Source of the DNA: Minisyncoccota bacterium
GTDB lineage: Bacteria; Patescibacteriota; Minisyncoccia; Phycocordibacterales; UBA9973
DNA: 64,000 nucleotides
Direction of reading: 5' to 3'
NCBI GenBank assembly: GCA_041663185.1
Contig: JBAZQY010000002.1
Span: 152,496 to 216,495 of the forward strand
The notes under the pieces were generated by a model that worked only from the letters and a program-made list of their open reading frames with translations, had not been told where the DNA came from and did not search any database. Below, one piece after another: positions 16,611 through 26,279 of the stretch; the stretch's first letter is position 1; every line of letters starts with the position of its first letter. The position numbers and the translations under genes are program-made.

Positions 16611-18316
16611 TGAAATTATCATCGTTCCAAAAGAGAATAAGGGTTTTGATTGGTTTTGTTCTTTTAGTGTCTATCATTCTCTTGGGTAGACTTTTTTTTG
16701 TTCAGGTTATTCATAAAAACTTTTATATTTTGCGTGCCGATAAGCAATATGTCACTCCGGCGGGTAATATATTTGATCGTGGTTCAATATATTTTTCTAA
16801 AAAAGATGGTTCACTTGTGACTGCTGGGACAGTAACTTCAGGATTTAAGCTGACAATGGTTCCAAAGAATATTGTTAATGCTTCGGATGTTTATACACAA
16901 TTAAGTCCATATTTACAAATGGATGAAGATACTTTTTTAACAAAAGTTTCCAAAATTGATGATCCATACGAAGAAATTGCAACAGGTTTAAATAAAGAAC
17001 AAGTTACAGAAATTGAAAATCTCAAAATTAAAGGGCTTTCTATTTTTAAAGATAATTGGCGATTTTACCCTGGAGGAAATCTTGCTTCGCATACGCTTGG
17101 TTTCTTAGCTTATAAAAATGATTCTCTGGTTGGTCAGTATGGATTAGAACGTTTTTATAATAGTACACTTTCTAATAGAGAAGATGAAGACTATGTGAAT
17201 TTTTTTGCTGAAGTTTTTTCAAATATTAGAGATACAATTTCAGATACAAATAGAGGTGATGTTATTACAACGATTGAACCGTCCACGCAATCTACCCTAG
17301 AAGGTGAGCTTGCGTCAGCTTTAGAGAAATGGAAAGCTGATCAAGCCGGTGGAATAATTATTAATCCACAAACTGGAGAGATATATGCTATGGCAGGATT
17401 ACCAGATTTTGATTTAAATAATTTTAGAAAAGTAGAGGATGTCGGCGTTTATCGTAATCCTTTAGTTGAAAATGTTTTTGAATTTGGGTCAGTTATTAAA
17501 CCATTGGTGATGATGGGGGCGATTGACGCGGGAGTTGTTACTCCAGAGACAACTTATTTTGATAATGGATTTATCGTTGTAGATAAAAAGACAATAAATA
17601 ACTTTGATAAAAAAGGGCGTGGACTTGTGACGATGCAAGATGTCCTTAATCAATCCTTAAACACTGGGATGGTTTTTGTTGAAAGTAAACTCGGGCATGA
17701 CAAATTTCGCGCTTATTTAAAATCGTATGGAATTGGAGAAAAAACGGGGATTGATCTTCCCAATGAAACTTCTGGTCTTATAAAAAATATTGATAGTCCT
17801 CGAAATATTGAATATGCCAATGCCGCTTTTGGTCAAGGGATAGCCTTGACTCCGATTGAAGCAGCCAGAGCGTTTGCGATTATTGCTAATGGGGGCAAAC
17901 TCGTGACACCACACCTAGTTAAAGAAATAAAATATGACAATGGACTTTCCAAAAATCTTGATTATCCTTTCATTAAAGAAAATATAATAAAAAAAGAATC
18001 ATCTGATACTGTGACTAGAATGCTCATTAAAGTTTTTGAATCTTATGATAACGGAGTGCATAAATTTAATAATCACAGCGTTGCCACAAAAACAGGTACG
18101 GCACAAGTAGCAAAGGAAGACGGGAAGGGGTATTATACAGATCGTCATATGCACTCATTTTTTGGATATTTTCCAGCTTATGAACCCAAATTTTTAGTTT
18201 TTCTTTTTCTTAAAAATCCTAAAGAAGTCAAATATGCTTCCCAAACATTAATTCCACCTTTTATTAATATCACTAAATTTATTATAAATTATTATAATGT
18301 TCCACCCGATAGATAG
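16610..18316 (+). CDS. ftsI: peptidoglycan D,D-transpeptidase FtsI-like (class B PBP)
   Basis: TM anchor plus SxxK (SVIKPL), SxN (SLNTGM) and KTG (KTGTAQ) motifs. The TAATG overlap with the upstream gene suggests translational coupling. Confidence 0.85.
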   Translation: MKLSSFQKRIRVLIGFVLLVSIILLGRLFFVQVIHKNFYILRADKQYVTPAGNIFDRGSIYFSKKDGSLVTAGTVTSGFKLTMVPKNIVNASDVYTQLSPYLQMDEDTFLTKVSKIDDPYEEIATGLNKEQVTEIENLKIKGLSIFKDNWRFYPGGNLASHTLGFLAYKNDSLVGQYGLERFYNSTLSNREDEDYVNFFAEVFSNIRDTISDTNRGDVITTIEPSTQSTLEGELASALEKWKADQAGGIIINPQTGEIYAMAGLPDFDLNNFRKVEDVGVYRNPLVENVFEFGSVIKPLVMMGAIDAGVVTPETTYFDNGFIVVDKKTINNFDKKGRGLVTMQDVLNQSLNTGMVFVESKLGHDKFRAYLKSYGIGEKTGIDLPNETSGLIKNIDSPRNIEYANAAFGQGIALTPIEAARAFAIIANGGKLVTPHLVKEIKYDNGLSKNLDYPFIKENIIKKESSDTVTRMLIKVFESYDNGVHKFNNHSVATKTGTAQVAKEDGKGYYTDRHMHSFFGYFPAYEPKFLVFLFLKNPKEVKYASQTLIPPFINITKFIINYYNVPPDR

Positions 18317-18318
18317 TT

Positions 18319-19623
18319 ATGACCAAACAAATATTTAAAAAAATTATAATATTCATTATTACTTGGCAAGCCAAATTGGTGCTAGCCAAATATCATCCCA
18401 AAATTATTGCGATTACTGGATCAGTCGGTAAAACATCGACTAAGGATGCTCTTTTTACTGTTCTATCAAAATTTAAAATAGTTAGAAAAAGTGAAAAAAG
18501 TTTCAATAGTGAGATAGGTTTACCATTGACTATTTTAGGGCTACCGAATGGTTGGGATGATCCTTTTGTTTGGCTTGTAAATATTCTTCATGGTTTTGCT
18601 CTAATATTATTTAGGAAGCCTTATCCAGAATATTTGATTCTGGAAGTGGGAGTAGGGAAGCCGGGAGATATTAAAAAGAATGTTGTCCCTTGGTTGAAAA
18701 CTGATGTAGTGATTGTTACTCGTTTCCCTGATAGACCAGTACATGTTGAGTTTTTTGAATCAGCCGAGAAAATTATAGAAGAAAAAAGTGCTCTAGTATC
18801 TACTTTAAAGAAAAATGGAGTGCTAATATTAAATCACGATGATGAAAAAGTTTACGCTCTCCACCAGAAATCAAATTGCAAAACTGTCTCTTACGGGATG
18901 CACGAAAACTCGACTTACCATTCAATGTATCCAACTTATTCTTATAATACAAAACATAATCATAAAGTTCCCAATGGAATTAATTTTAAATTAGAATATG
19001 AAGGGAATACTTTCCCAGTAATTTTACCTAATGTTTTAGGAATGCATAATGTTGGTCAGGCTCTTGCAGCTGTGGCTTGTGCCCATGAACTTGGTTGTGA
19101 TTTACTCGAATCAATTCGGGCGATCAGTGAGTATTCTACTCCTCCTGGTCGGTTATCACTTATTGAAGGGATGAAAGATTCAATTATTATTGATGACACT
19201 TACAATTCATCTCCAGTGGCGATGGAGTCAGCGATAGAGGTATTGAGAGACATTGAAGGCAAAAGAAGAATTGCTGTACTTGGAGATATGCTTGAATTGG
19301 GTAAATTTACCGAAGAAGAACATCGTCTTGTTGGAGGGAAAATATTTGGTGTCGCTGACATTTTAATTACTGTTGGGCCAAGAGCGAAATCTATAGTAGA
19401 AGGGGCTAAAGAGAGTGGTTTTATAAAGAAAAATATTTATAGTTTTGATTCAGTAAAAACGACTGGTGAATTTTTAGAAAAAATGATAGAAGAGGGGGAT
19501 ATTATCCTAATCAAAGGTTCCCAAGGAGTACGCCTAGAACGTGCTGTAGCGGCTATTATGGAACATAAAGAGATGAAAGGTAAACTTCTATGTCGCCAAG
19601 ATAAAGAATGGCAAAATCGCTAA
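18319..19623 (+). CDS. murF: UDP-N-acetylmuramoyl-tripeptide--D-alanyl-D-alanine ligase MurF
   Basis: Mur ligase P-loop ITGSVGKTSTKD, in the mraZ-rsmH-ftsL-ftsI-murF order. Confidence 0.9.
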   Translation: MTKQIFKKIIIFIITWQAKLVLAKYHPKIIAITGSVGKTSTKDALFTVLSKFKIVRKSEKSFNSEIGLPLTILGLPNGWDDPFVWLVNILHGFALILFRKPYPEYLILEVGVGKPGDIKKNVVPWLKTDVVIVTRFPDRPVHVEFFESAEKIIEEKSALVSTLKKNGVLILNHDDEKVYALHQKSNCKTVSYGMHENSTYHSMYPTYSYNTKHNHKVPNGINFKLEYEGNTFPVILPNVLGMHNVGQALAAVACAHELGCDLLESIRAISEYSTPPGRLSLIEGMKDSIIIDDTYNSSPVAMESAIEVLRDIEGKRRIAVLGDMLELGKFTEEEHRLVGGKIFGVADILITVGPRAKSIVEGAKESGFIKKNIYSFDSVKTTGEFLEKMIEEGDIILIKGSQGVRLERAVAAIMEHKEMKGKLLCRQDKEWQNR

Positions 19624-19652
19624 AATAACGAATAAAAAATAGAAATAAAAAT

Positions 19653-19682
19653 GCCCCGGTCGCAAAAATTCGCGACCGGGGC
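19653..19682 (-). terminator. GC-rich hairpin terminator (T-run on the minus strand) between murF and the convergent gene
   Basis: gccccggtcgc-aaaaatt-cgcgaccggggc, with a U-tract on the minus-strand side. Confidence 0.55.
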
Positions 19683-19708
19683 ATTGTGTGCCGGTTATCA
19701 ATTAGTGA

Positions 19709-20149
19709 TCAATTAATAACCATAGCATCAGGATTTTCTTTACCATTGATTTTACAAGGTCCGCCAGATCTGATGACCGGATATATGTTTTCGGGGAAAA
19801 ACTTTAATAACTCAAAAATGTCATTAAAGTTTTTGGAATAGTTTAATGAATTCCACCCCCCAGTATACTCACTTTTTTGGAGTAACTGGAATAGGATTTC
19901 ATTTTTTTCCCCGATGTGAATTTCCAAACATCGGTGAGGGAACTCCCCTGAGATAAACATCTCAAAGAGATAAATATACCCTCCAAAATCAGAGGGAATA
20001 ATTGGGTTGGTTTCTCTGGAAATCGTTATTTTGACTTCCGGGATATTCTCACCTTGGATGGAGAACATCGCTTTGATTAAATACTTCTCAGAAAATACTT
20101 CCCTTAAAAAATTTAACAAAAATTCCTGGGTATTGTTTCTTGTTTTCAT
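19709..20149 (-). CDS. hypothetical protein (146 aa)
   Basis: A clean ORF, but no motif was recognised. Confidence 0.5.
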   Translation of the reverse strand: MKTRNNTQEFLLNFLREVFSEKYLIKAMFSIQGENIPEVKITISRETNPIIPSDFGGYIYLFEMFISGEFPHRCLEIHIGEKNEILFQLLQKSEYTGGWNSLNYSKNFNDIFELLKFFPENIYPVIRSGGPCKINGKENPDAMVIN

Positions 20150-20292
20150 GCTATATTTTTTAGAATGTGAATGTTTTTATTTTTTATCAGTATAATATAT
20201 TTTTGCTCTCGAGTCAAATCTATTGACTTTTAATTTAAATTATGTTATCATTTAAGTAAATACTCTGAAATCAAAAACTAAACCTTAATAAT

Positions 20293-20901
20293 ATGAAAAA
20301 AATATTCTTTTTATTCATTGTCTTTTCAGCATTTTATGTAAGTGCTTTAAAGGCAGAGGGGACGGATTCACTGTCTCTTTCAGAAAAATTCTTTTCGAAG
20401 TTCACCGAAGTCACGGTGAGCTATGGAGGAATTGCCCAGAGCCGGTTATATTTTACCCAGGATCTGGATAATGAAAAGGAAACTAATCTTATTTGTTTTC
20501 CCTCCAAATTTATCCAGTTAAACGGAGGGGCTAATATTACGGTTAGGTCTCTCAAGACCGTTCATGTCTTTACCCTTGCTATTTTTGACCTCAGCTTTAG
20601 ATTGAAAAATGGATACTATTTCCATATTCCCCGTTTGGGTGATTTAGAGTGGGATGCCTATGTTATTTATTCGAAATCGTTTTGTGATTTCGGTAGTGAA
20701 AATAATTTTAGCCCCAAATTTCATTGGGGGACTAATTATCTTGGGGTAGGGCTGGAATGCCCAATCCCTGGGATTTATACCAGCAAGGATAATCCTCTGG
20801 AGATAGTTCCTTTTTTTGAAATCGGCAACGATTTCCGGGGAAACATTCTTCCCATATTGGGATTTCGGATTAATTTCCCGCATTATATTTGGGAGAGATA
20901 A
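20293..20901 (+). CDS. secreted hypothetical protein (signal peptide)
   Basis: MKKIFFLFIVFSAFYVSALKA signal-like N-terminus. A possible TTGACT-17-TATCAT promoter lies at about 20223-20252. Confidence 0.55.
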   Translation: MKKIFFLFIVFSAFYVSALKAEGTDSLSLSEKFFSKFTEVTVSYGGIAQSRLYFTQDLDNEKETNLICFPSKFIQLNGGANITVRSLKTVHVFTLAIFDLSFRLKNGYYFHIPRLGDLEWDAYVIYSKSFCDFGSENNFSPKFHWGTNYLGVGLECPIPGIYTSKDNPLEIVPFFEIGNDFRGNILPILGFRINFPHYIWER

Positions 20902-20928
20902 TATGTTTATCTACTCTAATGATATTTT

Positions 20929-20958
20929 AGCCAACGCGCAAGTGTTGGCTATTTTTTT
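20929..20958 (+). terminator. rho-independent terminator
   Basis: agccaac-gcgcaagt-gttggct followed by attttttt. Confidence 0.55.
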
Positions 20959-20977
20959 ATTTTTCAAATCACATAAT

Positions 20978-21010
20978 AAAAAATAACCTCCCGAGAGAGG
21001 TTATTTTTAT
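20978..21010 (-). terminator. hairpin terminator for the small minus-strand ORF
   Basis: aacctc-ccgaga-gaggtt flanked by T/A runs on both strands. Confidence 0.45.
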
Positions 21011-21014
21011 ATGA

Positions 21015-21134
21015 CTATTGAGCTGGGGTTTCTTCAGCAGCTGGAGTTTCTGTAGTCTCCGGAGTTTCTGGGGTTGTTGTATCACAAGTACAAGGGTCAT
21101 TGCCACATTTAGGGCATTTTGTTGTTTCGTCCAT
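21015..21134 (-). CDS. small Cys-rich protein, 39 aa (MDETTKCPKCGNDPCTCDTTTPETPETTETPAAEETPAQ)
   Basis: Hand-translated from the minus strand. It is below the 60-aa track cut-off. It has a CPKCG..CTC zinc-knuckle-like motif and its own terminator hairpin. Confidence 0.3.
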   Translation of the reverse strand: MDETTKCPKCGNDPCTCDTTTPETPETTETPAAEETPAQ

Positions 21135-21383
21135 ATTTTATTTAGAATTAATTAACAATAAACACATTAACAGCCAGTCGACTAACTTGCCATTATTAGC
21201 ACCTAGTGACATTATATCTTAAATAACCATAAAAACCTATTTATTTATCAGAGGATTTTTTGGTGTTGACAATATTTTCTTCAAATAATAAAATTAGACT
21301 TACGTAATATCTATTTGTTTTAATGTGTGGAGTTTTTATCTATTTGTTAAAAAATTTATTAATTAATAATTATATAAAAATAT

Positions 21384-21839
21384 ATGAAAAAAATATTAAT
21401 TGTTGTTGGAGTTCTTGTGTTAGTTATTGTAATTGTGGTTATTTTAGTTCAAAAAAACAAAGCGGGGGATTTAAAAGGGTTTGTGGATACTAATTCTTTG
21501 CCAATTGAGGCACCTTCTTCGAATCAGCAGGAGTTAACTAATTTGGAAAATTCTACCACCCAAAATAAAGTATCTTTTGCTATCAATGGGGGTAATTTTT
21601 ATTTCAAACCAAATATTATTACTGCCAAGCAAGGTGATGTTATTAGTGTCACCTTTAAAAATGATGATGGTTTCCATGATTTTGTTATTGATGAATTTAA
21701 TGTGAAAACTCAAACCCTAAAATCAGGCGGGGAAGAAACAATTACTTTTACGGTAGATAAAAAGGGGAGTTTTGAATTCTATTGTTCAGTTGGATCTCAT
21801 CGCCAGATGGGTATGAAGGGTACCCTGATTGTTGAATAA
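21384..21839 (+). CDS. cupredoxin (plastocyanin/azurin-like blue copper protein), membrane-anchored
   Basis: N-terminal TM helix. Type-1 copper ligand pattern H (FHDF) ... C-x2-H-x2-M (YCSVGSHRQMGM). Confidence 0.75.
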   Translation: MKKILIVVGVLVLVIVIVVILVQKNKAGDLKGFVDTNSLPIEAPSSNQQELTNLENSTTQNKVSFAINGGNFYFKPNIITAKQGDVISVTFKNDDGFHDFVIDEFNVKTQTLKSGGEETITFTVDKKGSFEFYCSVGSHRQMGMKGTLIVE

Positions 21840-21862
21840 GAAGTTGTTAAATAATCAAAAAT

Positions 21863-21895
21863 AAATACCAAGGACTAGCCTTGGTATTTATTTTT
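21863..21895 (+). terminator. rho-independent terminator after the cupredoxin gene
   Basis: aaataccaagg-actag-ccttggtattt followed by atttttg. Confidence 0.6.
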
Positions 21896-21914
21896 GACAT
21901 TTACTTACTATATT

Positions 21915-22052
21915 TTAGCCTCTAATAAGTCTGAAAATAATTACTATAATAGCAATTACAATCAGAATATGAATAAACCCTCCCAAGGTAAAGGAAGTTA
22001 TCATTCCAAGTAACCATAAAATAATTAAAATAATAGCTATTATCATTAACAT
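21915..22052 (-). CDS. DUF5670-like small membrane protein (45 aa)
   Basis: Hand-translated as MLMIIAIILIILWLLGMITSFTLGGFIHILIVIAIIVIIFRLIRG. The GWLLG...GGxIHxLLVIAIIV pattern is typical of the lmo0937/DUF5670 family. It is below the track size cut-off. Confidence 0.45.
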   Translation of the reverse strand: MLMIIAIILIILWLLGMITSFTLGGFIHILIVIAIIVIIFRLIRG

Positions 22053-22086
22053 ATTTTTTCGAATTCCTCTTTGATGAGATTAATTG

Positions 22087-22611
22087 TTAAAGTGAACTTA
22101 CAAACCACCCAAACAAACTGAATTGTTCTTTTTGTTCAAGGATAAACTTCTCGACCTTACTTTGTTCATCGTTCAAAAAATTTATTTGAGTATCAATTTG
22201 ATTTTTACTTATTTCATCTTTTGCTTCCATTTTTATAATTCCCAGAGAATAATTTAAATTTTTTATCTGAACTAATTGAAAATTGAGTACCTTTAAATTA
22301 TTACCAATTAAAAGTTTCTTTATCTTACTCCCATTTTTTATATTAAATATTGCCTTATTTATTTCTCCTGTAGAGAAATTTTGTTTCTCAGTAATGTTTT
22401 CTAATTTTGTTTTTTCTGTTTCAATTAAAATATCGCGATCTTTGATAAGTTTTGAATCATTAAAATTTTTTACTAAATCAGGAGAGAGGGAATTGCTCTC
22501 TAAAATGTTTAACTCATTATTTATTTCAAATTCAAAAGCGTCAACGTTAGCAAAAGATATTAACATAAATATTACCAACAGCCCTTTTTTAATTTTATTT
22601 ACTATGTTCAT
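22087..22611 (-). CDS. secreted hypothetical protein
   Basis: Signal-peptide-like N-terminus (MNIVNKIKKGLLVIFMLISFANVDA) and a Lys/Asn-rich body. Confidence 0.55.
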   Translation of the reverse strand: MNIVNKIKKGLLVIFMLISFANVDAFEFEINNELNILESNSLSPDLVKNFNDSKLIKDRDILIETEKTKLENITEKQNFSTGEINKAIFNIKNGSKIKKLLIGNNLKVLNFQLVQIKNLNYSLGIIKMEAKDEISKNQIDTQINFLNDEQSKVEKFILEQKEQFSLFGWFVSSL

Positions 22612-22693
22612 ATATAAATTTATTTTCGTTTTCTAAACAACTCTCTATATATAGATGACGTTAGACAAAGTAAATATATTACAACTATTTCTT

Positions 22694-23287
22694 TCAAGTT
22701 TTATTTTTATGATCTTTTTTTAATCCATCAATTTCTTTTTTTAATTTCAAAATTTGAACTTCAAGTTTTTTAGTTTGTTTTGTGAGATTAGCTTCTACAT
22801 AATTTGCATGACTGGCAAGTGTTTCAGCCACAAGCATTATTTCGGTGACATCTTCCATCGCTAGAAGAATGATTGGAGGAAATGTTTCAAGTGTTGTGTC
22901 TTCTTTAAAATGAATTTGACGAGCATTTAATATCATCACCTTGCGTCCAATAATAGGGAACTCATGAACAACCTCAAAACCCTTAAAAAATGTATTTTTA
23001 GGTAAAATATCTTCTAAAAGTTTTTTTAACGCGGGAATATTCCATTGTCCATCTCCCAATTCATATACAAGTTTGTTTTGAGTTTCTTGTAATTCAACTT
23101 GAAATGTTCGGAAAAATGATTCATTGGCTGTCATCACTCTTAAATCTTTATTTAGAATTAACACTGGCTCTCGCACGACGTCAACTACCGTTTTTATATA
23201 TGTCCAACTTTTTGACCACAATTCTTTTATCATTTTTGTCTCATTTTGGCTAATAATTTTACTAGAATCTTTTTTATTTTTTTTCAT
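22694..23287 (-). CDS. PAS domain protein with a C-terminal coiled coil
   Basis: Central PAS-like fold (VLILNKDLRVMTANESFFRTF..ELGDGQW) and a heptad-rich C-terminus. Confidence 0.5.
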   Translation of the reverse strand: MKKNKKDSSKIISQNETKMIKELWSKSWTYIKTVVDVVREPVLILNKDLRVMTANESFFRTFQVELQETQNKLVYELGDGQWNIPALKKLLEDILPKNTFFKGFEVVHEFPIIGRKVMILNARQIHFKEDTTLETFPPIILLAMEDVTEIMLVAETLASHANYVEANLTKQTKKLEVQILKLKKEIDGLKKDHKNKT

Positions 23288-23517
23288 ACCCCTTATGCCG
23301 TAATAAGGATAAAATTATTACAGTTCGCTATTAGTTATCTAAAGTGCTATACTTTAGTATCGAGATTATATTTCTCGGCAAAACAATTATTGTAATGCCA
23401 ATGCCACAAGACCCTACAACTCACTCTCTCAAATAACCATACAGAAATCAATATATTCTAATTACTACATTGTGATTGTAATAATTATGTAATTAAAAGT
23501 CGTGAAAAACGGCATAT

Positions 23518-24045
23518 ATGTATATGTCTCAAATAAAAGAGAAGAAAAATAAAGAAAATAAAGATATATTAAATCAAGCCCACCAAAATTTTTCAAAAGG
23601 GCTTAATTCTTATGCTTATTTCAAGATTCACAATCGTACTATTAGTACAGATTTAGTCCAAGATACTTTCATCAAGACATGGAGTTATTTAGTTAGGGGT
23701 GGGAAAATTGATATCATGAAGGCTTTTCTTTATCATATTTTAAATAATCTTATTGTTGATCAATATCGCAAACACAAAACTCTTTCACTTGATGATCTTA
23801 TGGAAAAAGGGTTTGAGCCCAAAGCAAGTGAATTTGATCCCAATTTTGATATTTTAGATGGCAAAACAGCGCAATTGATGATTAAATGTCTTCCCGATAA
23901 ATATAGGAAAGTAATGCTTATGCGATACGTCCAAGAGTTAACCCTTAAAGAAATTTCTTTAATCACCGGAAAATCAAAAAATAATATAGCAGTCCAAATA
24001 CATCGAGGACTTGAAAAATTAAAATTATTGTATCGTCGCGCGTAA
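23518..24045 (+). CDS. ECF-type RNA polymerase sigma-70 family factor
   Basis: Region 2 (LVQDTFIKTWSYL..DQYRKHK) and region 4 HTH (LTLKEISLITGKSKNNIAVQIHRGLEKLK). Confidence 0.8.
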   Translation: MYMSQIKEKKNKENKDILNQAHQNFSKGLNSYAYFKIHNRTISTDLVQDTFIKTWSYLVRGGKIDIMKAFLYHILNNLIVDQYRKHKTLSLDDLMEKGFEPKASEFDPNFDILDGKTAQLMIKCLPDKYRKVMLMRYVQELTLKEISLITGKSKNNIAVQIHRGLEKLKLLYRRA

Positions 24046-24059
24046 ATGTCCTTTCTGTC

Positions 24060-24091
24060 ATATATCTCCAATACAGAGATATATTTTTTTA
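24060..24091 (+). terminator. rho-independent terminator after the sigma factor gene
   Basis: atatatctc-caataca-gagatatat followed by ttttttt. Confidence 0.6.
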
Positions 24092-24219
24092 TCTATTCGT
24101 ATCCTAAACTGTAATACCTTCAGGGCTGGCTCGGCATCATAATCAGTGAATGATGTTGGATAAGTAATTTAGTCGATTATCAATCCGAAATAGTAATTAT
24201 TAATGTTTATAAAAATAAT

Positions 24220-26145
24220 ATGAAAAAGTATTTTTTAATTAGTGGAATTCTGGTGTTTGTTTTAATTGGTTTGTTTACTCTAAATAGTAATGTCTTTGCT
24301 GTATCTGTGGAACCACAAGCTATAGTTACTACTTCAGATACAGAGGCAGAACCCCCAACAGCAACTATCATAGCCACAAAGATTGTTTGTGATAATGAAA
24401 AAGATTTACCAGATTGGGGGAGTGGTGGAGCTGATATAACAGAAAATACTGCCATGAGTTTTGTTTTAGAAAATAATAATTGTCAGATAGTCCCTTGGAC
24501 ATTTGAATGGTCTGTTGATTGGAATACTAACCCCGGAGATAATCTTTTATCTGGTGGAGAAGGGTGGAATTCTTTTGAGGGCAAAGCAGAGATATCAACA
24601 GGAAAAGGATTAAATATATTAGTTCGTGAACGAATGAAAGATGAATATATCCCATTTACAGGACCAAACGATAAGGATGCTATTTCAGCAGAATTTTATT
24701 GTAATACAGATGTTTTAGCTTATGATAATTATGAATGGATAAATTCCATAGCTCCGGATGAAGTGTATTACTGTGTTGGATTTAATGTTTTAAAAGAAAT
24801 TTCACCGGAACCAATAAATGGTGGATGGAGTGCATGGAGTGAAAAAAATAATACCTGTGGATATTCAGGAACCCAGACAAGAACATGTACTAATCCCTCT
24901 CCAGCCAATGGTGGGGCAGATTGTAGTTTGTTAGACGGTGGAAATTTGACTCAGGCATACACAAATGATGCTTGTGGAATAACCCAACAGTGTAATATTA
25001 AAAGTGACAATACCAATGTTCTTGGAAACAATAGAGGTAGTGCAGTTCCAACATGGAAATCTACCAATTGGGTTCAATCAATCCCAACATCGAGTGCTTT
25101 ATGGATATGGAATGCATATCATGTTACGGCAGAGAGTGCAAAAAATGGCGAGAATGAGACCTTTACTAAAACATTTAACGTTGGAGAAAATATTACCTCG
25201 GCAAGTATTAAATTAGCTGTTGATAATGGATATAGATTAGAAATAAATGGGACAGAGGTGATAAATAGAATGGCTGATCAATATAAATATACTAATTTTC
25301 AATCTCTGACAACAATAGATATAAAAAGTTATCTAGTTACAGGAACAAATACTATAAAATTTTACGTCAGAAATTATTCATCATCATCTAATAGCCCAAC
25401 AGTTAATCCAGCCGGACTCATGTATGATCTTACTTTAGTGAGTGATACTTGTTCAGTAAATAATGAAGCGGTTGTTGTAAATGGCGGATGGAGTGCTTGG
25501 AGTACGAAAGATAATTCTTGTGGAATAACAGGAACGGAAACTCGTACTTGTACAAATCCAAGTCCTCTAAATGGAGGGTTGGATTGTAGTTTACTTGATG
25601 GAGGAAATTCCTCACGAGTGTACACAAATGATGCATGTGGTAGTACACCGATTGATATGTGTCTAAATATTGAAGGAGTTCAAACAACAATTCCAAATGG
25701 AATGGAAGTAAATAATGATAAAGAATGTACAGAGATAGAATCTAGGGACAGCGGTTCAACATATGGTTCTAGATCTACTAAAGTAGCAATAGCTAATGCT
25801 AATGAAGGAAGAGTCCTCGGAGCTAGTACTTCTTGTGGACAATATTTGTTTACTTATATCAAATATGGAACTACTAATGATAAAAGTGAAGTAATTAAAT
25901 TGCAACAATTTCTAAATGAGTATTTGACTTTGAATCTTCCAGTTGATGGATACTATGGATTAGAAACATATAATGCCGTCAAAACATTTCAACTCAAACA
26001 TTCTCCGGAAGTCTTAAGACCATGGGTGGGTGTTAGTTTGAAGAATGAGTCAAAAGGTACTGGTTGGATGTATAAAACAACTCAAAGATGGATAAACATG
26101 ATAAAGTGCCCAGAGTTAAATTTACCAATGCCAATTTTACCATAA
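24220..26145 (+). CDS. large secreted protein with two thrombospondin type-1 (TSP1)-like repeats and a C-terminal PG_binding_1-like domain
   Basis: Signal peptide. Two copies of [15 protein letters not shown]..[25 protein letters not shown]...TNDACG (WSxWS plus six Cys). The C-terminal [25 protein letters not shown] matches the LxxxG..DGxFGxxTxxAVxxFQ peptidoglycan-binding pattern. Confidence 0.8.
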   Translation: MKKYFLISGILVFVLIGLFTLNSNVFAVSVEPQAIVTTSDTEAEPPTATIIATKIVCDNEKDLPDWGSGGADITENTAMSFVLENNNCQIVPWTFEWSVDWNTNPGDNLLSGGEGWNSFEGKAEISTGKGLNILVRERMKDEYIPFTGPNDKDAISAEFYCNTDVLAYDNYEWINSIAPDEVYYCVGFNVLKEISPEPINGGWSAWSEKNNTCGYSGTQTRTCTNPSPANGGADCSLLDGGNLTQAYTNDACGITQQCNIKSDNTNVLGNNRGSAVPTWKSTNWVQSIPTSSALWIWNAYHVTAESAKNGENETFTKTFNVGENITSASIKLAVDNGYRLEINGTEVINRMADQYKYTNFQSLTTIDIKSYLVTGTNTIKFYVRNYSSSSNSPTVNPAGLMYDLTLVSDTCSVNNEAVVVNGGWSAWSTKDNSCGITGTETRTCTNPSPLNGGLDCSLLDGGNSSRVYTNDACGSTPIDMCLNIEGVQTTIPNGMEVNNDKECTEIESRDSGSTYGSRSTKVAIANANEGRVLGASTSCGQYLFTYIKYGTTNDKSEVIKLQQFLNEYLTLNLPVDGYYGLETYNAVKTFQLKHSPEVLRPWVGVSLKNESKGTGWMYKTTQRWINMIKCPELNLPMPILP

Positions 26146-26155
26146 ATACCAAAAA

Positions 26156-26188
26156 ACAATCCCCCTAACAGGGGATTGTTTTTTTTAT
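26156..26188 (+). terminator. rho-independent terminator
   Basis: caatcccc-ctaaca-ggggattg followed by tttttttt. Confidence 0.6.
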
Positions 26189-26222
26189 TGAATAATAAAA
26201 AACACTGACCCTGGGGTCAGTG
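26186..26222 (-). terminator. terminator for the minus-strand membrane protein gene
   Basis: acactgaccc-tgg-ggtcagtgt with a U-run on the minus strand. Confidence 0.5.
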
Positions 26223-26279
26223 TAGTTCTTAATATAAAATTCAAACCAATATTTTTTTGTTTTGTATTTATTACATGGG

